NCBI GenBank assembly: GCA_035403465.1
Contig: DAONFG010000005.1
Location: 4,479-68,478 of the forward strand
Source of the DNA: Spirochaetota bacterium
Lineage (GTDB): Bacteria; Spirochaetota; UBA4802; UBA5550
DNA: 64,000 bases
Reading direction: 5' to 3'
Within the stretch, counting starts at the first letter, position 1. Every line of letters starts with the position of its first letter. Both the position numbers and the translations under genes were made by a program. Below the pieces are notes generated by a model. The model was given only the letters and a program-made list of their open reading frames with translations, was not told the origin of the DNA and did no database searches. This document shows, in pieces, positions 8,440 through 17,283 of the stretch.

Positions 8440-10839
8440 TTAAAACTTAACCTCTACACCAAAGTTGGGCAGTAGCGTAAGTCCGCCCTCGTCTGCTGTA
8501 ACCTTGGGATTATCTTCGCTGTAGGGCCGGTCATATCTCCATTTGTACGCTTTTGAATGATACCATTGCCCGTATACGTTAATGACCTCAACATACCAGC
8601 TTACATATCCCCATTCGTAGCCTGTCCTGTGAGTGTACCTCAGGTCAAGCTGGTGATCAAATGGGAGGTGTTTTGAGTTCGGGTGATCGATATCATATTC
8701 GGGAGCATACCTGCCGTTAACGGGCGGCAACGATCCTGTTATAGGCGTGTAGGGAAACGATGAGTATAGCTGAAACTTCCCGCTGAATGTATGCTTACCC
8801 TTTCTGTACCCTGAAACTATTTTAAGTGAATGGTTCTGTTCGTATCCTGAATGGATCCACCTGTCCCCGGTCGGATCGAACGTCACAGGCAGCCCTGATT
8901 TTCTTTCGGCATTAGTAAAAGCATAACTGCCCCAGCCGAAAAATCCGTCACCCTCTCCACCCTCTCTTTTGAGGAGGAGCTCGATCCCGTAAGCTCTCAT
9001 CTTCCCGGAATTGATCCCGGGCACTGTGACGCCATCCTCGATATGCTCATACTGCTCCACGAGATCATAGAAATAATTATAAAAGACCTCCATGTTTGCC
9101 GTAAACCCTGTAAGTGCCTGTTCTATTCCAAGGACGCTGTGCCATGCCTTTTCAGGTTTAAGGGAATCACCCTGTGATGCGTAAGTCGGGTCCTGCTGGA
9201 ACACGTACGGGTTTGCCTGGAAAAAAGCACTGTAATGGCCGCCGGCAATTGAAACAGTGGTGTCAGATTCAAACCTGTAGCTCATCATACCCCTTGGGTC
9301 TGCTGTAACAGACCCGGTTCCCCTGAGCCACTCGCTTCTGAACGAAGGCATGAAAACAAAACCGCCGGGCGTGAACCGCTGCTCAACATAGCCGCCCATA
9401 ACAAGGCTTGTAAAATTCAGATCAAAGGGTATTACATCAAACGCGCCAGGGTCCATGGGATCAGTAACCCCGGGGTTAAGCCTGAGCGAATCACCCTTTG
9501 CATCGAAGTGATACCATGTCGACTCGATCCCTCCTCGCAGTTCCGCAAGGCCGCTTATCCATTCCCATTTAAAATTATCCTTTGCTCCAAGTATCCATGG
9601 TACTGTGTCAATGGTGATGCCCTTAAGCCAGTGTCCGGCCGGGAGTGAAGCTGAATCAAAATACATATGGGTATAACTCCATGAACTATATACCATCATA
9701 GTATTTTTAATTTTTACATTATCAAAAGTGTAATAAAATCCCTGGTTATGAAACTGCTGGTCATACTTCATGTTTATATCCGAAAAGAAGGGATCGGCCC
9801 CCTCCTCCTGTTTAACATCTTCATCGTCTATTACAACTCTCCAGTAGTCAATGCTCCCCAGGCACAGCACTGTAACCGAATTCCTGCTGTCCAGGAAATA
9901 CTTTGCCTTAACCTGGTAGTCCCAGTATTCCGGCAGTATATCAAGTTTTTCATTGCTGATCAGTTCATATATCGGCGGTATAAGCAGCGAAAGATACCCC
10001 ACCCTGCCCGACACTATCAGGTACCCCGAGTTCTCATCCTTCACTTCGCCTTTTTCATCGATTACTTTTTTTGTTACAGGGCGTTTAATAAGGGCCGCAG
10101 CGGAGATCAGGCCCACGTCTGACCACCCTCCGAATTCATCAACTTCATCAATCGTATTGATATTTATAACAGCCGCGAGCGGTCCGCCGAAGTCAGAGGT
10201 ATATGATGACGCGTAGAGGTCAATCTCGCTCATGAGGTCATTGGCGATTACAGAGTGTACGCCTCCAAAGTGCAGAGGGTTGTCAATAGGCATGCCGTCA
10301 ATGTAGTACCTGTTGTATATGGGATCAGAACCGCGGATAACAAGGGGCCCGAAGAATCCGCCAGGCGCTGACCGTATAACACCTGGCAGGCTGGTAAGGG
10401 CATTGACCGAATCTCCGAATGAAGCCGGGACCTCTTTAATCTCATCTACCTTCATTGTCCTGCGCGAAATTTTCTGTATCACGCGCTCACCTTTTATTAC
10501 AACGCCTTTCCCTTTTGACGCATAGGGATTAAGTGTGAAGTCGCGCGATACATTGCTGTTCACTGTTATAGTTGTTGTAATGGTCTGAAGCCCCCGGGAC
10601 TGGACCTGTACAGTATATGTACCTGCCTGCGGGAGCTCGGTGTAGTAGTTTCCACCGGCGGCGTTGACCACAATACCCGCCTCTTTTATGATCACTATGG
10701 CAAACCCGGCATTCTTTTTTGTGGAACCGTCGATTACCCGGCCCTTGAGTGAATACTGCTGTGCGTATGCGGGTATTGCCAGTGCAAAGAGAAATACACA
10801 TAAGCAGGAGTATAATATGTATGGTTTCAACCTGTTCAT
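8440..10839 (-). CDS. TonB-dependent outer-membrane receptor with N-terminal extension domain
   Basis: Signal peptide; plug motif DSVNALTSLPGV..LVIRGS..NRYYIDGMPI..HFGG..IDLYASSYTSDFGG; C-terminal LLPNFGVEVKF. Confidence 0.92.
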   Translation of the reverse strand: MNRLKPYILYSCLCVFLFALAIPAYAQQYSLKGRVIDGSTKKNAGFAIVIIKEAGIVVNAAGGNYYTELPQAGTYTVQVQSRGLQTITTTITVNSNVSRDFTLNPYASKGKGVVIKGERVIQKISRRTMKVDEIKEVPASFGDSVNALTSLPGVIRSAPGGFFGPLVIRGSDPIYNRYYIDGMPIDNPLHFGGVHSVIANDLMSEIDLYASSYTSDFGGPLAAVININTIDEVDEFGGWSDVGLISAAALIKRPVTKKVIDEKGEVKDENSGYLIVSGRVGYLSLLIPPIYELISNEKLDILPEYWDYQVKAKYFLDSRNSVTVLCLGSIDYWRVVIDDEDVKQEEGADPFFSDINMKYDQQFHNQGFYYTFDNVKIKNTMMVYSSWSYTHMYFDSASLPAGHWLKGITIDTVPWILGAKDNFKWEWISGLAELRGGIESTWYHFDAKGDSLRLNPGVTDPMDPGAFDVIPFDLNFTSLVMGGYVEQRFTPGGFVFMPSFRSEWLRGTGSVTADPRGMMSYRFESDTTVSIAGGHYSAFFQANPYVFQQDPTYASQGDSLKPEKAWHSVLGIEQALTGFTANMEVFYNYFYDLVEQYEHIEDGVTVPGINSGKMRAYGIELLLKREGGEGDGFFGWGSYAFTNAERKSGLPVTFDPTGDRWIHSGYEQNHSLKIVSGYRKGKHTFSGKFQLYSSFPYTPITGSLPPVNGRYAPEYDIDHPNSKHLPFDHQLDLRYTHRTGYEWGYVSWYVEVINVYGQWYHSKAYKWRYDRPYSEDNPKVTADEGGLTLLPNFGVEVKF

Positions 10840-10880
10840 TTAAAATATTAACCATGGTGCCGACAATAGCGGCAGGGTCA

Positions 10881-10939
10881 ATAATAGTATGAAAAGATGC
10901 GTTGTCAATATTTATTATCATAACGATAACTATTGACAA
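10881..10939. promoter_or_regulatory. Divergent promoter region of the TBDR operon and methyltransferase, with a palindrome and a Fur/Zur-like box
   Basis: TTGTCAATA (10902-10) and TATTGACAA (10931-39) are inverted arms. Minus strand TTGACA-16-TATTAT. TTATTATCATAACGA (10912-26) is a near 7-1-7 palindrome. Confidence 0.4.
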
Positions 10940-10989
10940 TCCGGACAACGCGGATCACATTTTCAGCAAAAAAATCCGGGAGAATATCC

Positions 10990-11631
10990 ATGCATAACAG
11001 TAAACGCGATTTTGACCTTGCAGCCCTGACATGGGACGAAAAGCCGCAGAGGCTTCAGCTTAACCGCGACATATTCAGAGCCATTGATCAGACTGTACAG
11101 CTGACAGATGGCATCTCCGTCCTTGACTTCGGCTGCGGTACAGGACTGCTCTCGCTGCAGATACTTGAACGCACCGGCAGTGTAACCTGCGCTGACAGTT
11201 CTGCAGGAATGCTCGAAGTCCTTGAATCAAAGGTAAAGGACGCCGGAATAGACGGCGTTACAACAATACACCTGAAGTCCGATGATGCTGAAGGACTTAC
11301 GGGAAGCTATGCTTTAATCACAAGCAGCATGACTTTTCACCATGTGCAGGACGTCCCGCAGCTTGTGAAGAAACTTGCAGGTCACCTGGAGTCCGGCGGA
11401 ACATTATGCGCGGCAGACCTTGACCCTGATGAGGGAAAGTTTCACGAAGACAACACGGGTGTGCACCACTACGGTTTCACGAGAAAAAAGATGATGGAAT
11501 ACTTCCGCGATGCGGGACTCGCTGACGTGAAGGCCACGACAGCTGCGGCAGTTGAAAGGATGAATGCGGCAGGGGAACAGGTGAGTTTTACAGTGTTCCT
11601 TGTTACCGGGACTAAACCTGCTGAACGATGA
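10990..11631 (+). CDS. Class I SAM-dependent methyltransferase
   Basis: VLDFGCGTG motif I, DSSAGML, SSMTFHH; start taken at ATG 10990. Confidence 0.9.
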   Translation: MHNSKRDFDLAALTWDEKPQRLQLNRDIFRAIDQTVQLTDGISVLDFGCGTGLLSLQILERTGSVTCADSSAGMLEVLESKVKDAGIDGVTTIHLKSDDAEGLTGSYALITSSMTFHHVQDVPQLVKKLAGHLESGGTLCAADLDPDEGKFHEDNTGVHHYGFTRKKMMEYFRDAGLADVKATTAAAVERMNAAGEQVSFTVFLVTGTKPAER

Positions 11632-11990
11632 CTCCCGGCAGCGCGCTGATCAGGAATATGCAGTTCAGCAGATCCGGTATTTCGAACATTTTTTCATCTC
11701 CCGGTTTACAAAGTGTGAATATAATTAATGTTCTATTGCGAAACGGTCTCCCGCACTTGCGGGCACTCCCTGATTCGGCAAACCCGGTACGATGCTGTGG
11801 GGGAAAACGGGATGGATTGACTTTTTATATCAACAGTAAAACTTAATTGACACCGGGCACTGCCCTTATCTATACTAATAAGATAAAATGTAAAGTTGCG
11901 TCATTTTCATTCAGCACAAAATGGTACCTGGCGCATAATTAACAGGCAGACCGTAATGAAAAAATCATCCCTGCAAAGAGATATTCATAA

Positions 11991-12965
11991 ATGAACGAGG
12001 AAAAGGTTGAACTTCTCCGTAAAGTGGATATATTTTCACAGCTTGCGGAATACGAGCTTGATACCATTGCAGAATACAGCGAGTATGTGAAGCTGAAAAA
12101 GGGCGCTGCCGTTTTCAGCAACGGTGCGGAATCTAATGAACTGTATGTTGTGGATCGCGGCCGCATAGGTATCATCGGGTTTGAGACCGACGGTGATGCC
12201 ATGATAGCGCAGATTGTCGAAGGGGAGTCTTTCGGTGAGTTGGATTTCCTCGGGCGTACCCCGCGCAACGCCGGCGCATTCGCAGAGGAGGATTCCATGC
12301 TGCTCTGCTTCCCCGGTAAAAGTTTCAAGGCTGACGAAGTATTCCTGAAACATCCGGTCATATTCGCCCGCATGCTCTACAAGCTCCTTGCTACAATATC
12401 ATGCCGCATCTGGAACGTCAACAAGATGCTATACGGAAAAACCGGGTGGCTCCTTGATCTCCACAAGCAGCTTTTAAGCGACAAGATGACCGGGCTGTAC
12501 AACCAGACATTTCTGAAGGAAGATTTCATGAATATGCTTCCGGACATAGGTAAAAGCGTCTCGCTGATTATGATTAAACCTGATAATTTTAAAGAGATTA
12601 ATGATATCTACGGGCATGTTGCAGGCGACCAGGTCCTGAACCTGATGGCAATTTTTTTACAGTCCGAACTGGGAGAGGATGATATTGGCGTTCGCTACCG
12701 GGGTGATGAGTACGCAGCCATACTTATAGACACTGACAGGGACGAGGCCGTTGCAAAAGCCGCGGAAATACGAAAAGCATTCAGGGAGATGGACATATCA
12801 CGAATCACAGGTTCGGGAAAATTGGTTATAACAACAAGCATAGGGATTGCGGTTTACCCCGATGATGCGGACAACAGCTCCGACCTTGTAACAATAGCAT
12901 ATGACAGGATGTACGCCGCTAGAAAAAGCGGAAACATCACATTGGCACAGAACGGGACACCATGA
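11991..12965 (+). CDS. cNMP-binding domain plus degenerate GGDEF domain (RGDEY)
   Basis: FGELDFLGRTPRNA phosphate-binding cassette; SDKMTGLYN; IKPDNFKEINDIYGHVAGD; RYRGDEY at 12693-12713. Confidence 0.88.
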   Translation: MNEEKVELLRKVDIFSQLAEYELDTIAEYSEYVKLKKGAAVFSNGAESNELYVVDRGRIGIIGFETDGDAMIAQIVEGESFGELDFLGRTPRNAGAFAEEDSMLLCFPGKSFKADEVFLKHPVIFARMLYKLLATISCRIWNVNKMLYGKTGWLLDLHKQLLSDKMTGLYNQTFLKEDFMNMLPDIGKSVSLIMIKPDNFKEINDIYGHVAGDQVLNLMAIFLQSELGEDDIGVRYRGDEYAAILIDTDRDEAVAKAAEIRKAFREMDISRITGSGKLVITTSIGIAVYPDDADNSSDLVTIAYDRMYAARKSGNITLAQNGTP

Positions 12966-13924
12966 TAAAATACTTCAGGCAGCTTGAAATATTCAAAGCA
13001 TTAAGCGATGAGGAGCTTTCCCTGCTGGAGCACTGCTCCTCTGTAAAAACATATAATACCGATGACGTCATACTCGGTCACAGCAGTACAAAACGTGACC
13101 TGTACATAATTCTCAGCGGCCGGGTGCTCAGCACCCTTAAGCTGCCCGGAACCCTTGACCGCAAGTTCGGAGAGCTGGTGTCCGGAGATTTCTTCGGCGA
13201 GAGTTCTGTCTTCGGGAACCTCCCCCTTTTCAATACATACACCGCGGCAGACAAAGCTGAACTGCTCATCATAAACGAAAAAGGATTCTCCGGACTGATC
13301 GAAAAAAATCCGGCTGCCGCAACAAAACTCATCTCGGTTCTTCTGAGCGGAACCATCAGGCAGTTCCGCAAGTCGAGCGGCTTCCTTGCACAGGTTGTAC
13401 AGTGGGGAGAAAATGCAAGCCGCCGCACAATCACGGACGAGCTGACAGGTATTTATAACCGCGCATTCCTTGACGATGCCGTTGAAAGTTTTTTCAACAT
13501 ATCAAAGAGCAACTACAAGCCGGTCTCACTTCTCATGCTCGATGTTGACAACTGCCGTAAAATCAATGAAACGCTGGACCATGAAACAGGCAACAGGGTG
13601 ATCTGCGAATTTGCAGCAATCATAAAAAACATAATAAGCAGGCAGGGGATAATCGCAAGGTACGGCGGGGACGAGTTTTCCATACTTCTGCCTGAAACCA
13701 ACAGGGAGCAGGCGCTGGCTATTGCCGAAGAGATACGCAGGACAGTTGATGATTATGATTTTTCAGGGTTTCTGAAGGGGAACGATATAAAAATCACAAC
13801 AAGTATCGGGGTCAGTTCGTTCCCGGAAACGGCAACTGAACTTGAAGCCTTCAGGACAAAGGCGGACGATTCCCTTTACAGGGCCAAAGAGCAGGGGAAG
13901 AACCGCATCGCATGCGTTGATTAG
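12962..13924 (+). CDS. cNMP-binding-like domain plus GGDEF diguanylate cyclase domain
   Basis: FGESSVFGNLPLF (no Arg); TDELTGIYNR; LDVDNCRKINETLDHETGN; GGDEF at 13664-13678; ATGA overlap with the upstream gene. Confidence 0.88.
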   Translation: MIKYFRQLEIFKALSDEELSLLEHCSSVKTYNTDDVILGHSSTKRDLYIILSGRVLSTLKLPGTLDRKFGELVSGDFFGESSVFGNLPLFNTYTAADKAELLIINEKGFSGLIEKNPAAATKLISVLLSGTIRQFRKSSGFLAQVVQWGENASRRTITDELTGIYNRAFLDDAVESFFNISKSNYKPVSLLMLDVDNCRKINETLDHETGNRVICEFAAIIKNIISRQGIIARYGGDEFSILLPETNREQALAIAEEIRRTVDDYDFSGFLKGNDIKITTSIGVSSFPETATELEAFRTKADDSLYRAKEQGKNRIACVD

Positions 13925-14040
13925 ACTGAGGCCGCGAAGTTCCCGGCGAAACTCCTCCTAAAGGCTTGACAAAAAATTCCCGCATCCGATACCTGTTATA
14001 TTTCCGCTGAGAAATCCGCAGTTGAAACAGGAACTGATAA

Positions 14041-14598
14041 ATGATATACACTGTAACAAGCCTGGTTCTTATCTTCCTTGCCAGGGTCACTGATGTCTCC
14101 ATCGGCACATTCAGGATCATACTCGTGTCGCGGGGATACCAGCGCATAGCCCCATTTCTCGGGTTCTTCGAGGTGCTCATATGGATCACTGCAATCAGCC
14201 ACGTCATGAAAAATCTCAACAGCGTATGGAGCTACATTTTCTACGCCGCCGGTTTTGCCACGGGAACATTTGCCGGCATGAAGCTCGAATCCATAATATC
14301 CATAGGCTACCAGTCAGTAAGAATAATACCGACAGAAAAGGTCACGGCCCTTCCCCTGGTGCTGCGCGAGGAGGGTTTCGGCATAACCACGGTCTCCGGC
14401 AGGGGAATGAAAGATAACGTCGTGATCATATATACCACCGTGCCCAGGAGCAGGGTGAAGCAGCTGCTGCAGATAGTTGAGACGTTTGAACCGAACGCGT
14501 TCATAACCATCGAGGATGTACGATCGCACAAATCCGGTTTTGTATCGCAGCCCGGATATTCCGCGAAGACGGAAAAAGGCATTGCAAAAAGGAAGTAA
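14041..14598 (+). CDS. DUF2179/DUF5698 (YebE-like) membrane protein
   Basis: LARVTDVSIGTFRII..GFFEVLIW..YAAGFATGTFAG; C-terminal GFGITTVSGRG..PNAFITIEDVR. Confidence 0.85.
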   Translation: MIYTVTSLVLIFLARVTDVSIGTFRIILVSRGYQRIAPFLGFFEVLIWITAISHVMKNLNSVWSYIFYAAGFATGTFAGMKLESIISIGYQSVRIIPTEKVTALPLVLREEGFGITTVSGRGMKDNVVIIYTTVPRSRVKQLLQIVETFEPNAFITIEDVRSHKSGFVSQPGYSAKTEKGIAKRK

Positions 14599-15022
14599 AT
14601 TATCTGAATGCAGCTGCCCGCAGTGCATAAGCGCATGCAGACAGGATCCCGGCAGGCTTGTGCCGGCCGACCTGCCCGTGCTTGCCGCGTTCCTTGACCT
14701 CTCTGTTGATGAACTCATAGCCGCGTACCTTGTCAAGATCCCGCTTTCAGAGAAGGAGAAGGTCTATGCACTTGCCCCTGCAAAACTCAAAGGGAAAAGG
14801 TTCCTCGCAGACCCGGGAACAGTTGTACGGGCATACTATACGTCAGAGCGCGGCACCTGCGTCTTTCTTGACGAAAACGGTCTCTGCACTGTTCATGGTG
14901 CCAAACCATTTGAATGCGGCGCGTACATGGGATGTAAAAATACATTCCTTGGAAAACCATACAGGGAAAGACTGGTCGAAGAGTATTTCATGCAGAAGTG
15001 GAAAAAGTTCAGGCAGGTATAA
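14582..15022 (+). CDS. YkgJ-like Cys-cluster (putative Zn/Fe-S) protein
   Basis: CSCPQCISAC..CVFLDENGLCTVHGAKPFEC; probable TTG start at 14582 (ORF track start 14516). Confidence 0.7.
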   Translation: MQKGSKLSECSCPQCISACRQDPGRLVPADLPVLAAFLDLSVDELIAAYLVKIPLSEKEKVYALAPAKLKGKRFLADPGTVVRAYYTSERGTCVFLDENGLCTVHGAKPFECGAYMGCKNTFLGKPYRERLVEEYFMQKWKKFRQV

Positions 15023-15296
15023 ATGCAGTCCGCGGGCATGATTCACTTCTTATCCGGAATTCCGGGATAGAGTTTTTCAGCGCAGTCCGGGCATTAATCC
15101 GGTTTTGCGAATAAAGTATGACCTCCCTGGAAAGCTTCTGCGTAAGCATCCGCTGCCTGCCAAGCAGGTTAATCCTGATTCCGTCATATTTCTGTTTTTG
15201 AACAAACCCGGCCGCGATCACAATCTGGGCAGAAAGCAGTGCAACGACAACAGGATATAACACATATGCGGGCCTGATCCTGCTTTTTCTGGTCAT
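15009..15296 (-). pseudogene. N-terminal fragment of a PilJ/NarX-like sensor
   Basis: TM followed by DGIRINLLGRQRMLTQKLSRE (P-box-like); ORF stops at 95 aa with no output domain. Confidence 0.55.
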
Positions 15297-15422
15297 TGGA
15301 ATTCCCTTTATAACTATTAAGTATTAATTGATGCAATGCATACTCACATCATTCCAGTGTGATAAACCTGACTGAACTTTGTTACCGCAGGATGATTATA
15401 ATATCTCCGCCTACTGGTATAA

Positions 15423-16562
15423 TCAATCAAGTCTGAAAGTGATATTGATAGATGTTCCAGTGGCTCCTTCAACATGGAATTCACCGCCGATCTGCTCTGC
15501 AAGCATGCGCACAAGCATAAATCCCATGCTCCCGGTTGTGTACGGATCAAATCCTTCCGGGAGCCCGGATCCTGAGTCCGAAACATGGAGGCATGCCGAG
15601 GATCCGTCTGCATGGAGGCGCACCATGATCTCTCCCGGCACATTCCCGGGATATGCATATTTCAGCGCGTTTGTAATAAGCTCATTCAGTATAAGGCCCA
15701 GCGGAACAGCGCGCCTGGTCTCGATCCTGATGTCTGCGAGTTCTGTCGAAAGACTGATCCTGCCTGTCTCGGGCATGTATGTTTTCAGAATCGAGCCTGC
15801 CAGGTCTCCTATGTAAAGGTTCAGGTCGATGTGAGTGACATCATCCGAAAGATAGAGCCGTTCATAAATCCCCATAATTGACGAGATCCTGCTGCGCGCA
15901 TCGGCAAGAATACTCCTTGCAAGGTCATCTGTAACCCGTTCCCTCTCCAGGCTCAGCAGCCCTGACACCACCCCCAGGTTATTCTTCACGCGGTGGTGCA
16001 GTTCCTTCATTAAAATATCCCTGTGCGAAAGGAGCTGCCGCATTGCAGCCTCATCTTTTTTGAGCTGTTCATTCGCAGCTTCAAGTTCACGGTTTGTCCT
16101 CTGCAGTTCATCTATGGTCTGCTTCAGCTCAGCGTTCACTACCTTGATCCGGTGTTTTCTCTCCTTCAGGTCTTTATGCGCATCGAAGAGTTTAAAGGCC
16201 ATCTTGATTGATGCGTCAAGTACGCGTATACCTGAGTTCTTTACAACGTAACCGTACGAGGTGATCTTTTCAGTCCTGCCGACCACATCCTTTTCGGTAT
16301 GCGACGACAGGAAGAGTACGGGGATGTCATGGTTGAAAAGTATCCTGTTTGCGGCTTCAGTGCCGTCGATTCCTTCACCAAGGTCAATATCTATGAGGAT
16401 CAGGTCGTACAGGTCACACTTTTCATCAATCACCCCTACTGCTTTTTCCCCGGAATTTACATGCGTCACCGCGTAACCCTCATTACGCAGCTGCTGTGTT
16501 TCGAGCAGCGCTATTACAGGTTCATCCTCAACAAGCAGAATCCTTTTAAAATTACCCTCCAT
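15423..16562 (-). CDS. Receiver domain plus HisKA_2 histidine kinase
   Basis: ILLVEDE..LILIDIDL..K receiver; coiled coil; ELHHRVKNNL; NELITNALKYA, DSGSG. Confidence 0.9.
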   Translation of the reverse strand: MEGNFKRILLVEDEPVIALLETQQLRNEGYAVTHVNSGEKAVGVIDEKCDLYDLILIDIDLGEGIDGTEAANRILFNHDIPVLFLSSHTEKDVVGRTEKITSYGYVVKNSGIRVLDASIKMAFKLFDAHKDLKERKHRIKVVNAELKQTIDELQRTNRELEAANEQLKKDEAAMRQLLSHRDILMKELHHRVKNNLGVVSGLLSLERERVTDDLARSILADARSRISSIMGIYERLYLSDDVTHIDLNLYIGDLAGSILKTYMPETGRISLSTELADIRIETRRAVPLGLILNELITNALKYAYPGNVPGEIMVRLHADGSSACLHVSDSGSGLPEGFDPYTTGSMGFMLVRMLAEQIGGEFHVEGATGTSINITFRLD

Positions 16563-16578
16563 GCTGCAGAACCCGGCT

Positions 16579-17118
16579 CTACTGGTATGCGCCTTTTAAC
16601 AGGCCGGGGATGTTGTAGAGTTCTTCAATCCTGGCTATTCCAGTCACAGTGACGTCAAACTGATCCAGCTCCCTTCCCATCTTCTCAATTGAGGCCTGGT
16701 CCATCTTTGAATCAGCAAGTGGAAATAATTCATGGATTTCCTTCTCAATATGTAAGCGCGCCCTGGCAGTATAGTCTTCCGCAGCCTTAATAAACTTGTC
16801 CCTGTGAAAGGGTATGTGAGTCAGTGCATCCTCCATGAGACGTGTGTAACCCTGCAGCGCGTGGTGCTGCGCGGTCAGGGCTTCCAGCATTCCGTTCTGG
16901 TGAAGTATACCTGCATTCTCCATCGCAGGGAACACAATGCTCTCCTCCCTTGCCCGGTGATACTTCCCGGTGAACGAAACAATAAAATCAAGGATTATAG
17001 TCAGGTCTTCAGCAGGGACATCGTTCCCGGCTTCCATATTTCTGCAGACAGACTCAAGAACTTCCAGAAAATCAAGAATGGCATCATGTTCTCTTTTAAG
17101 AAGATCAGCCGTTTTCAT
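16579..17118 (-). CDS. Hemerythrin-domain protein
   Basis: LKREHDAI..YHRAREESIVFP..AQHH..LHIEKEIHELFP. Confidence 0.8.
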   Translation of the reverse strand: MKTADLLKREHDAILDFLEVLESVCRNMEAGNDVPAEDLTIILDFIVSFTGKYHRAREESIVFPAMENAGILHQNGMLEALTAQHHALQGYTRLMEDALTHIPFHRDKFIKAAEDYTARARLHIEKEIHELFPLADSKMDQASIEKMGRELDQFDVTVTGIARIEELYNIPGLLKGAYQ

Positions 17119-17283
17119 AGAATCCTCCCCGGATATTTACAAAATAACCGGCTGGAAAGAAAATTTCCAGAAAATGCGCGGTTTTGAATGACGGAAATTT
17201 AAATATAGCCGGATCATACAAACCTTTTTTTATTGCCGCACCCCGGTCTCAACTGTTATTTTACAGCACAGGAGGATCACCTG

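Noticed and set aside
11777-11815. GGCAAACCCGG upstream of the GGDEF pair, resembling the start of a c-di-GMP-I/GEMM riboswitch
   Set aside because: The expected GNRA-capped P2 and the following GACGCAAAG segment are absent; an Infernal search would be needed to revive it.
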